A DNA stretch of 64,000 nt from Antedon mediterranea (taxonomy: Eukaryota; Animalia; Echinodermata): contig NC_092674.1 in assembly GCF_964355755.1 (NCBI RefSeq), positions 9,052,001-9,116,000 of the forward strand, given 5' to 3'. A program made the translations under genes and the position numbers. Positions 23,901 to 35,400 of the stretch are shown in pieces (within the stretch, counting starts at the first letter, position 1; each line of letters begins with the position of its first letter). Below the pieces are notes generated by a model. It was not told the origin of the DNA, did no database searches, and was given only the letters and a program-made list of their open reading frames with translations.

Positions 23901-26900
23901 TGGAGCTTCAAGTAGAATCCATTGAAGTGTGTGAAGAAGCTTTGTCTCGGCATTTCCGAGTTTGTCCATATGTCCAAGCTTGGCCCGATTGTTGAGAAGA
24001 GCAGCACAGCAGTGGACCACATGTGGAAAGGCTGCTTGTATAAGTTGCCATCTTGGTATGCTGCTGATTGCATCTGACAGGCTGGGAGACAAACCATGAA
24101 GTTTGTTCTCTACAAACACTCTTTCAAAAGACTATAAAGACAAAAATGGTATAATGGATAAAATAATTAATAGTAAATAATATTTACATCTCTTAATCAC
24201 AGATTTAAACACAATATTAATTGACCTATCTAGTAAATTTATTTTCACTATTGAAATAAAAACAATAGATTTATGCCTAGATCAACATTTTTTTTCAGAT
24301 TAATAATGCAACATATATCTAATCATCATATAACTCACAATTTTTTTTTTAACATAATCTATCTCTCTATTTTTCTGTCGATATTAAGGACATTTACATC
24401 ATTATTAACTCATCATTTAATAGTTTGTTATAAGGCAAATTAGCTGTTCAATCAAAATTTGACCATGAGATTTCATAATCTCAACATAATTATTTCAAAA
24501 ATGAAAGCTTTATACTTATAGAAAGACTTAGTAATTTATACTTAATAATTATGAAAGCTTTGTAATGTTGTCTTTATTTTCAGTATAAAGAACATCTTTG
24601 AAAATATTACAGTACATTTTAATGCTAATTCAGACAGCATTTTACAACAAGGCCCGACCAAACGTCTTGGCGCGTCGGTGCTGTGTGAGTTGAATCCTGA
24701 CGAGACGAGTCGTCATGAAATAGCGTCAGGCATAGTTTTAGGTCGTTTAATTTTCTCCTGAAGAGATGTTTTGCCAGTCATCGTCGTATGACGCTGTCTG
24801 ATTTAGCCTTTAGAAAATGCAAAATACTTACCACACAACTGGCTTCATAGAGCTTGCCCAGTTTTGGACGTATGAATGGACTAAAAGGAATAAAAAAAAA
24901 AGTTTTATATAAAAAATTTCTGTTTACATCCTCATCATCTTCCTATACTGTGCAGAACCTTGTTTGAGTAAAGCCACACATTAGTTGATCATTTATTTCT
25001 TAAATTTTGTGTTCCACATGTTTTACAAATTAAAATTAATTTTCCACAATAATTAATTATTAGTTTTACTGACTGTCTTGTTTCATTTTTATTTTTCACA
25101 CATTCAACAAAATATAACAGATATTTATGTAGAAGAACATAAAATGACGTATGATGGGAGATTTTAAGCATTTACCACCAGTTGTTGACATGACAAGTAA
25201 ACTAAAAGCTATATGAAGGGGATCATATATCTAAATTGTTAAAACTTTCTTATTAAAGATTGTTAAATGTTAATAAAGAAGGTAGATATGATAATCCATA
25301 CAACAAAAATAGATAGAGAAATTAGGAAATGTAGTCAATTTTACATACTGTTCATGGAATTTTTTTTAATGTAATAAATAAAATATTCAACTTTATTCTG
25401 ACATTTTGTAATAATGCATAAATTCCTGTTATGGTAATGGAAACACCACTTCACTGATTATCAGAATCAACATCAGAGAATTTTCTTGCTAGCCTTCCAA
25501 TCAGTGAGATGTACATGACAGGCCTAAATAAATGTTAACAGTTCCATTCCACTGTAAAGCTATATGTTTCAAGCATCATTTGATTCAGTAATTGAAATTT
25601 TCTTTTGGAGGTGGAAACATACTGTACATGTAAATTATTATTGAAAATCAAGCTATGCTCGATTTATGATCTTATCATGAAGAAATGTCCTTGCAGCTAT
25701 TACAAGGACTAATGTACAGAAATTAGATTAAGGTACATTCTCATTCATCATCATATATTTTAGATTTGTTTTACTCAGTCTAATGACATGAATGCATCAA
25801 ATTGGTGGCAATGTAAAAGGGTTTTAATAGTCTCAAGCATAGAATAAAAACTATACATTGGTATACCACAGATAGCCAACAATAAAATGTCTTCTTTCTT
25901 ACTTCAGAAATATAATTTAATGTGACATCATAATTTAGAGTTAATAATTATCTGCCAACTGTGTAAACATTTTCCATTTTTGTTTATTTAAGTTTATAAA
26001 ACAAGTGGAACAAACTTCCATTTTTATTTTCACTGATTTTTACTACATAACAGGTTTTTAAATTATTATAAACATGAGTATTTATGAGAAAATGCAACTA
26101 ACAGGAGAAAATGCAACTAACAGGAGAAAATGTAAGAGGAGAGGATTTGCAATATACCTGCAAAAATGCAACTAACAGGAGAAAATGCAACTAACAGGAA
26201 AAAATGCAACTAACAGGAGAAAATGCAACTAACAGGAGAAAATGCAACTAAAAAGAGAAAATGCAACTAACAGGAGGAAATGCAACTAACAGGAGAAAAT
26301 GAAAGAGGAGAGGAAATGCAGCATGTACCTGAGAAAATGCAACTAATAACAGGAGCAATCTCCCCAGGTTTTGAAAGAGATTTATCATTTAAAGTTGCAC
26401 AGACACTGATGGGAAATTAATGATGTGTCAATTTAGGTTAAATGTAATATCAACTATATCATGGGGTTGAATATAGATATTGACATTGCACGATGATTAT
26501 TCTAGGTTAAGAATTGTTTCATAAGTGTATTGTAATAAATGTCAACCATAAAAGTACCTTCTCTGTCGCAGTCGGACAAAATTCTATGCAGATAATTTAC
26601 TGCAATTATTATTTGACATTAGAATTGGATAAAAAATTAAATTACAATCAACTCTCTAAAACTGGACACACTTTGTCTGGCTTTGGGACAGTCCGGTTAA
26701 TGTTAATTCCCCAAATACTAGTAAATCATAACTAGTTAATGTTGAAACGCCATTTAACTGGCTAAATGTATTTATTTGTTTGACCATATTTGGTCATGTA
26801 TCCATTCGGCTAAGTACATGTCACATAACATTTTTATACTTCTATTCCTTGTTTATTTATGAATACAATGTCACAAATATTTTTCCTTTAAAAGTTATAA

Positions 26901-28067
26901 TCGAAAAAGTCAAAATAAAGAAAAAATGACAATGTGGGTATCAGTGGCATGATCTCAATGGAGATTTTAAAAAAAGCTAAATCAGAATGAGATATTATTA
27001 TACTGTATAAAAATAAAATATATCATTCTTCATTCAAAAATCAGGTAAAAATGTCTCATTCATCTGTAAAATCAATTACTACATATTATGTTTAAACTGA
27101 TTTTGGTCAACATAATAGCATAATTTATGAATGCAAACTATACATGCAGCTGTTTTATAATGGAAATTTTAGGCTTTTAAATTGTATAGCAGGAGCATTA
27201 CATTATTGTTGATCTGGTATTGTATGTAATTCTTGTTGAGGTTTGTGCACATTGATACAGTAAACAATGTACAAAACAAATCCTTTTGGACAAAAATATA
27301 GTATATAGCCAAAAGCATCTTCCACGTCTGGTCCGGTCCGGCTCCAGTTTGGCTCCAGTTCAGATTGCGCATACAACATTTAATAGTGACCTTTCATTTT
27401 CAAGACGTGCTTATGGCCGCATGAAGCAACATGAAAATTAAACACAAAGATGTGATTTTGTCAGAACCAATTGAATAAAATAAAGCTTTTGTAAACAAAT
27501 CACACTATTTTTTAATTCATTAAAATATCTGGCCTATAATTTAAATTATTATTTCTTTTTTATATAAGACAATTCATGTTTCCTCTTTTAAAAAATGTAA
27601 AAATAAATAAAATGACTACAAATACGACATTTTTAAAAAACCATCATGCTCTTTAAAAATACAAAATTAAATAGATAGATAGCTAAACTGACGTTTAAAC
27701 AAGTTTGTCAGCTAATTGATGATATAAATTAGGCATCATAAATTAGTGGTGCACCAGTCTGGAATAAATTGATCTAATTAATTTCACTCAAAATAAAACT
27801 GCCTAAAATACTCTCATTCAAGAATAATTAATGTATGTAATAAGGCATTCGATTTTAACTGCTAATATCAAGTAATGATGCGTGTTTGATTAAATCACGG
27901 CTATGCAATCAAGCTTATAACGTAACCGTGCTATATCGATCGTACACCTCCTCTTCACTGGGGTCCACTCACCTTGTCTGCCGCCAAAGAAAAATTTGGA
28001 TAGGTAATGGTATCTGCTTAGCAGCGTTCCTGTCTTCCTTGTCTTCGTTATTTTTTCGCTTCACCAT
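20751..28067 (-). CDS. UNC80: Protein unc-80 homolog (NALCN channelosome subunit), 5' portion; 3' exons not found in window
   Basis: Spliced exons 28067-27973, 24880-24832, 24131-21617 and 20936-20751, all GT-AG with compatible phases (2,0,1,1). Translation MVKRK...IPLPIQIFLWRQTS-PFIRPKLGKLYEASCV-SFERVFVENKLHGLSPSLSDAI...KLGNAETKLLHTLQWILLEAP...LGCKHGCGEGLRGQAGNILRQQ...IIDFLHAFLGFC matches the recognisable UNC80 N-terminus. Confidence 0.93.
21110..21425 (-). mobile_element. Decayed LINE reverse-transcriptase fragment (Rex1/Babar or L2/CR1 group) in UNC80 intron 3
   Basis: Peptide TSTGAPQGTVLATFLFTLYMSDF...IKCAYD matches RT motifs GxPQGxVLxPxLF and a degenerate YADD; upstream stop codons. Confidence 0.75.
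21617..24131 (-). CDS. UNC80: UNC80 coding exon 3 (2515 bp)
   Basis: Corresponds to the 841-aa ORF; acceptor tttatag|TCT TTT GAA AGA, donor GCA G|gtactt. Confidence 0.92.
24832..24880 (-). CDS. UNC80: UNC80 coding exon 2
   Basis: ttttag|T CCA TTC ATA CGT...TGT GTG|gtaagt = (S)PFIRPKLGKLYEASCV, 49 nt. Confidence 0.9.
26087..26357. repeat. Minisatellite, 19-bp unit GGAGAAAATGCAACTAACA, in UNC80 intron 1
   Basis: About 10 copies in two blocks separated by a variant spacer that occurs twice. Confidence 0.9.
27973..28067 (-). CDS. UNC80: UNC80 coding exon 1 (start codon)
   Basis: MVKRKNNEDKEDRNAAKQIPLPIQIFLWRQT plus AG|GTGAGT donor; not in the ORF track. Confidence 0.9.
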
Positions 28068-28350
28068 GATTATTCCAAATACTGCTTTACTCACAACTTA
28101 AAATAAACAACATTATGTAAATTTGGAACAAGAGAAATTATTTAATCACTCGGGCATTTTACATCGTATGTTCCCATTCGGCGGCCGTGTATGCAACACC
28201 TCTCCTGTTGCGGTAATCATCAGCGATCAACTGAATGGTTCTTCGCCGCCACACCGCATCACACGAATACGCTCCAGCAATCCGCCTCTTGAAAGTTTAT
28301 ATTTGGCGCTAATTAACATACGTGGGATCGGCTTGAAAAAGCGGTTAAAA
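28068..28350 (-). promoter_or_regulatory. Probable UNC80 5'UTR/promoter (CpG-retaining segment)
   Basis: Locally high CpG density immediately upstream of the ATG in otherwise CpG-poor DNA; TSS not determinable. Confidence 0.45.
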
Positions 28351-29927
28351 TGTTTTAGAAGTTGCTATATCAATTTTGTTAAAATTCAATGAGACATGCA
28401 CCAACAATCTATAAAGATTAAAATAATTTTGATTACTTTATAGGCCCAGTAAATTTTGTTAATGATACCCTCCCAATTTGACGTAAACGCCTATTAAATG
28501 TATGGCTTTGTTTTTCACCGATAATTACAATTTTCTCCACAGAAATTAATTAAAATAGATATATAACAAATTTGCACAATTGATTACAGAGCAGTGAGGG
28601 AGATCCTCCACAATCACATGACTCATTAGTGACTTTTTTAAAATGTTCATCATGATCTGTTCATCATGATCTGTTCATTAATATTCAATGTTCGTAGAGT
28701 TAATTAATCAACATATGCTTGACTGTCTTATGTGCAGGTACATAACTAATTAAGTATACTACCAATTACCATAATTGCAATAATTGGAAGAACTCTGTGA
28801 ACGATTGACACAAGACTTTCTTAATTAATTTAATATTCGGCTGCATTTGAATGCAAAATATTATTACGTGGGCCCATTTATATCATTATTGTTTATTGAA
28901 TATTAGCATCATCATTGTATCAAATCTTTTCTGTTCTAGTTTTGACTGCTCCACAATCTTCAGAGTTTAAGGTATAAATGTTGGGGAGAAAAAAAACATA
29001 GTTGCAAGGAAGCATACTGGATTTATAAAATATATCTATTACATAATACTGTATTGTTTAAGAGTATACTGTATTTGATTTGGATATTATTATCATTGAA
29101 TGTTTACATTATCTTAATAGTTTATGCTGCATGATATCATGGTTGTTGAAAATTAATAACAATAATATAATGTTATGGGGAAAGTATATAAATGGTTTGC
29201 GATTATAATATAATAAGTAAGTAATATTAACATACAAATAAAGTTTTGAAGTTAAATACTAAATAAACCTGCAAACAATAGAGGGCAGACTTTCATTCCA
29301 CTATTTCCCTGTTACGGATGGATAACTTGGCAAAAATGTTCATGCAGAGAGGACGCAAGATGGATTTTATTGATGTCAAGATACAGTAGAAGGTTTACAT
29401 GATACTGTGTAACAAACGCATTTTATTTATGCAGTACCATGTGTTGAAGAAACTGCGTTATAAAATGTATATTTTACTGTACTGAAAATGATCACTTTTT
29501 ACAGAAACTTGAAAATCAAGTTCCATTTAAAAATAAAACCAGCAAAAAAACACAAGACATTTCTATTGGATAATTTATTTATGTTCTTTGAATCTTCTAA
29601 GAGAAAGATAATAACAGTATTTTTTTTTCTTAACAGTGTAAATTGATTGAGTGATTAAATATTGACTGAAATTTTCATAAATTCAGCATAACAGCTATGG
29701 AATCTATCTTGATTTTGTTGTTAAATTACAAAATAGGACACCCCGATGAATACAAAGCAATAGAGCATAGCCAACACATGATGACAACTACGACTGCAAA
29801 ATTTAAGAATTTTGCAAGTCGGGCAAGAAATTAAGAAAACTACAAAAACATTGTTTGTGATTTTGCATTGGTGTTTAATATGCATTATTACTTTGTAGTC
29901 TTTGATGGTGTTGCAGTGCACTCAATA

Positions 29928-30098
29928 AGGGGGGGGGGGGGGATCAAAGTTATTCTACTGCAGTAACTACATTGTTTTACTGCAATAAAATATGGTTTTA
30001 TAGTTTGTTGCAATTTAGAATGAATACCCAAAAATTCTTGCTAAATAATTGTAGAAAACAGGTTAAAATGCAGTAGAATAACTTTGGCATGACCCCTG
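29928..30098. mobile_element. Small MITE-like inverted-repeat element with a poly-G tract at its left end
   Basis: Perfect 18-bp IR CAAAGTTATTCTACTGCA (29945-29962 / 30069-30086). Confidence 0.55.
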
Positions 30099-31351
30099 AC
30101 CCATACCAATTCATTAAGTATTTTCAAATTCAATCTATAGTACAGTTCATCTTCTAAAATACTAACTTCAGTAATGGTTATATGGTCTGCCTAAACTACA
30201 TAATTATACAAATCAGAACGATTTAAAATACACAAAAATAGATGAGATGACGGAGGCTCAAGATCTACCGCAGCATTTATCAAATGTACATATACCTGTA
30301 GTACTAGAATAATTAAACATTACTACAGCACTATGAATTTGATAAACTTTCTATTTTCTTATATTTGCATAAAATTGTATATTTTTTTCTTAATTGTAAA
30401 ATAGGAAAAATTTAAGTTTGAACAAAATTATAAACTAAACAAAAATAGTTTAGTACACAAATGTGTATAGCACCATGATACAGTGGGTTTTTATATATGT
30501 AACTAACATATACAAATTCTCTAAAATATAACCATTTTTTCTACAATGGTTTTAAAATCTAATTACAAAATAATGTTGAATTATTAATTATGTAATAATA
30601 ACTGACAATGTATACAAAAAGTAGTAAATAAAATGTTATGAAATGAGGTTCTTGCAGCATTTGTGTCCAGAAATTTGGAAATATTATTGTTCAAAATGTT
30701 TCCAATTTACAGTATAAAATTATTTATTGTACATGAAAACTTTCTTAAAATCTAAGCCAAGACTGAGTGCCTATTTAGTCACTAAACTGAGATATTATTA
30801 CCAAAATTATGACTTTACTTTATGTTTTTTTTATCTTAACACATGCAAGTAGGCCTTGGTTCAGCAAAGTATACAGTAACCACCTGCCTCCTATGATACA
30901 AGTACTGCATGCCTACTGTTTGCTTAGTGACATATCCAGGATATAGAACTTAAACATACTTTAACATTTTTATAATCACCCAACTTAGATATATGACACT
31001 CTTCTAGAGAAAAAGTAAAATCTGACTAAAAAACGACTTGTGTACATGCCACCTGTGTGTTAACAAGCAATATTGTCAACTGTTATCTGGGCTGTCTACA
31101 TTAAGTTAACCATGCCAAAATACATTCAACATACGAAAGATATAATAATAAAAAATACTTTTGTTGAATGTATAGAAATATCAAACAGAATATATACATG
31201 TTAATTAATTTGAAACCATTTAAAATTTTAGATAGTCATGGGTAAAAATACTGTGAATATGTTATTAAATATGATTGAAATATAGGCACTAACTCTTGTT
31301 GCTAACTTAGGATTTTTACAGAATAACTGTGTTATAGCAGAAAATCTCAGA

Positions 31352-32478
31352 TTATGTAACTAACGGACCCCGGCTGCATACTTTACATCTACTAATACGG
31401 TTAACTTGATTTATTTTTATGGTTTCCGAGCTTGGTTTACTGAATTGTCCGTTACGATCAATAGTGGCCAGCCAAAAACTGTATGTTGTTGCATAGTAAT
31501 TACATTTACCATCACCATGGCATTCAATAAAGGGAGATGGACGGAATTCTTCTAGGCAGGATCCAGGGGAAGCAAGAGATTGTCCTGAGCCTTCTGCTCC
31601 AGCACCAGTATGCTGCAAAATAAAAAATTAGGTGTTACAAAACCTTTTGCATAATTATTCAATGTTATTACAAAACTCATTACAAAAACTATTATTATTA
31701 TCATTAGTATTACAATACAACTACTAATTATGCAACAACAATGGAAAAAACACAATTCAAAATAAAAGAGTTCGAAGTTCTGATAGAATTGTTGTTTCCA
31801 CGCATGGCTTGTGTACATTTATTTATTTTATTTATTTATTTTATGTCTTTAGGCATGGTTAGTAATAAAACATTTTTTACCATAACAAAACTGTAACCGA
31901 TCCAAAGTTCAGTCCAACCACTTGGACAGTCTGGTATAAGTATTGTTTGACTGTGAACTGCTAGTGTTTGAGCTGGGGCCTCACAGACACTGCAACGACT
32001 GACAAACGGACGCATTTCATTGGATTTGATAGGTGCCATATCCATCGGCATTGGTTGATTCGTTGACAGCCAATAGGAGTAGTCATTACGGTTCGCAAAG
32101 TTACATGTGTTCTGAATGTTACAGAAGAGGAATGGCATGGTGCTAAATCTTCTTAAACATGACCCCGGTTGACCTGTATTTACAAAAAATTAAACGAAAA
32201 TATAGATTAGATTCGCAAATTGAAAGATGAAATTTGGTATAGAATGTCATTACATCGAGCATTACCCAAGTCTTGTCCATGAGCTCTTTCATTTCCTTGG
32301 GCATACAGGAAGCTATATCCATCCCACATCCTAGTGGTGCCGCCAGGACAATCAGGAACCTGTGTACTTTGACTATGTCTGGTTAAGTAGAATCCAGCAG
32401 GAGGTGCTTGTAATCCTTGAGCTCCTGCTGGTCCTGGCTGTCCTTTATATCCCAAAGGTCCTCTTTGTCCTCCTGGGC
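31352..32478 (-). CDS. COL4A1: Collagen IV NC1 (C4) domain exons: 32478-32266, 32173-31881, 31612-31352
   Basis: GFYLTRHSQ...CPGG...[35 protein letters not shown]...SRCSVCEAP...CPSGW...[24 protein letters not shown]...SRCKVC; all 12 NC1 cysteines present. Confidence 0.96.
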
Positions 32479-35400
32479 CTGTCAAACAACATTATATAGT
32501 GTAAATTGGGAGTTGCTGAAAGTTATATCCTGTTTTATTAAATATATATTGTTCCTTTGACAATTATTTAAAACATTTGTGTTGACTATGACATGACGTA
32601 ATAGTTATTCACAACATAAATTGGACTGAAAAACAAAATTTAGCTTAACTGCTTATTTTTAATAAATGAAATCATTTTCTGTTTTTTTCAGCAAAAGTTA
32701 AATGTTTTGGGGGACAATACATATTTAAAAGTTGTACTAGTGAATCAAGACAGTAATAGCAACATTTACCTCGATCTCCCTTCTCGCCTTGGTCACCCTT
32801 TGGTCCTGTTTGACCATTCAATCCACGTGGTCCATCTAGTCCACGTTCACCCTTTGATCCTGGAATGCCTGCAGCACCTGCTTGTCCAGGTTCACCATTT
32901 ACACCTTGAATTCCCATGACACCAGGCCTACCATTGCTTCCTTTAAGCCCTTGGGGACCTGATATACACAAGTGTAAAGAGAAATAATATAATAAAGGTA
33001 AACAATCATTCATTCATTAATTTCATATAGTATATCCATAAACAAACAAAAAATCATCACAATCAAAATCTGGAAAATCTTTTATAAATGTATTATTTGT
33101 AATGTCAGTAATTTATGTTATCACTTTGTATGTATTTTTTATGATGATTTCCTAATAAATTCAAATCAAATCATTTCATACACTTACCTAGATTTCCTTT
33201 TTCCCCTTGATCACCCGGACGTCCAGACCTTCCAGGTTCACCTGGTGGTCCTCTACTTCCTGGTTCTCCAGCCTCACCCTTAGCACATGGAATAGCAGGA
33301 CTTCCTGGGGAACCATCTGCTCCACGATCACCCTTTGCTCCAAATGAACCAGGTAAACCCTTTTAAAGAATGAAACAGAGTTATTTGTTTGTCCAATAAT
33401 CGACAAATATTGTTATGAACCTCTTGTATGACTTTGGAAAACATTTATCTTCTTAGTTTGGTTCTCATCTAGGACCCAATGCAAGTAATTTGACCAATCA
33501 CAAGTGACAGATTTTACAAACTGTCACTTGTCATTGGACATTATGGACCTATTATAGGTTCATGCTTACATCATTGCCTTGTGCCCTAGTGAAACCCAAG
33601 CTTTAACCTCTTTTTTTGTAGATTTTTCTGCCTACACCATCAAAACTTATGTGATATGTCCATATATGGACATGATGATGTCATAATATATGATATCTTT
33701 TTGACAAACTGGTACATACCGAATTACCCTTGGCGCCTCTTTCACCCTGAACTCCAAATCCAGGACGACCAACATCACCCTTTTGTCCAATTTCTCCTGG
33801 AATACCAATCAAGCCACTAGGACCTCGTAGTCCAGGATTTCCTTAAGTGAAAACAAAAATATTATTAATTCTTCTCAAAATAAAAAACGAATAAATCCAC
33901 TAGATGAGAGAATGAAGAAAATATGTCTCTCACTCCTACAAGGATCTAGCCAATACCTTCTTCAGCTATACACTTAAAAGTGGATTACAAGGCCATTCAA
34001 AGAAATTTTACAAATGTAAAATTATCAAAACAATCTTTCAGAAGCAGTGTTTTTGACAGCTGAACCATTTTACCTGAAGAAGTTATTTCTGGCTAATTTT
34101 GAAGAAAGGACGAGGGTCCTACCTCTGGACAAGAGGGCCTAACTTACTATCAAGTGTAAAAAGTGTTAGTAAACATACTAATCATTAATGAATTATCGCA
34201 TCCCAAAGTTCATGTATTTCAAAAGCAACCTTGAAAAACATAAAGTAAATATCTTACCATCTGCACCAGTAGGACCACGTTCACCTTTATCACCCTTCTG
34301 TGCTGAGCATGGCAGAGCATCAAGTCCAGAATTACCCTTATCTCCACGTATGCCATAAGTACCCTTCTGTCCTTTCGGTCCTTGTACACCTTTTCTTCCA
34401 TCCAATCCTTTAGGTCCGACCTGTCCAGGTTCTCCATTGGCTCCTGGACTACCATTAACTCCAGGTACTCCATTTCTTCCTGGCCGGCCTGATAATCCTC
34501 TAAGCCCCTTTTCACCTTTTTCACCATTTTCGCCATCAATACCCTGTGGGCCTCTATCTCCTTTAACACCAGATGGCCCAACAGAACCCATTGGTCCTTC
34601 ACTACCTCTAGTTCCTGGTATTCCAGCCTCACCTTCATCACCGTTAGGTCCTGGGGAACCGATACGTCCTGGTGTACCTGAAATCAGATGATTATTTTAC
34701 TTCATGTTTATCCAAAGGCAAATTACTTTCACAATGCTTTGGGTGGGCTTGATCTCAATGGAGATACTAATGTAATAAGCAAAAAGCTAAATCAAAAGTT
34801 TTAAGTAAAACAGCCAAAAAGAAAGTGCAAAACTTGCGGAAAACACTATTCTTTGTAAGGGCTACTAATATCTATATAAGAGAGAGAACATTTGAGTTCC
34901 AGTTAAAGGAAAGATTATTAATCCTGTACTACTACATTTCACAATAAAAAAAAATTAAAAAAAGAATTATAACTGGAAATTAATCAACAAAATTGTTTCT
35001 TTACATACATTGTTTTCTGCTAGTGATGTCATTTTTTGTTATTACCAAACCAAGTTATTAATTTATAATAAATTACTTAAACCTGTTAAGAAAAACAATA
35101 CCATTGGATCCACGTGGTCCTCGATCTCCCTTTTGTCCTGGCCTTCCGATACCTGGTTCACCTTTCTCTCCTGATATACCTCGAGTTCCATTAAAACCAT
35201 CAAATCCCTAAAGTTGATTATCAGGTATAAACTTTTTATACACTTTTTAAAATCATATGGCCAAGTGATAGAGGGAATTATTTTTTTTTAAATAATCCAA
35301 TTATTATAGAGAAAGAAATCCTAGGCATCAGCATCTATAGCAAACAATTGGCATGGCATTACGCCAAAGAGTATAAATGTGTTTTGTTAACAAATGGTAG

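Noticed and set aside
21926-23995. Short plus-strand ORFs overlapping UNC80 exon 3, and similar ORFs antisense to collagen exons
   Set aside because: Shadow ORFs of real coding exons with no independent protein features.
24650-24812. Small CpG-rich segment with AAGGC...GCCTT ends
   Set aside because: Probably an old MITE, but the TIR match is too degenerate to call boundaries or a TSD.
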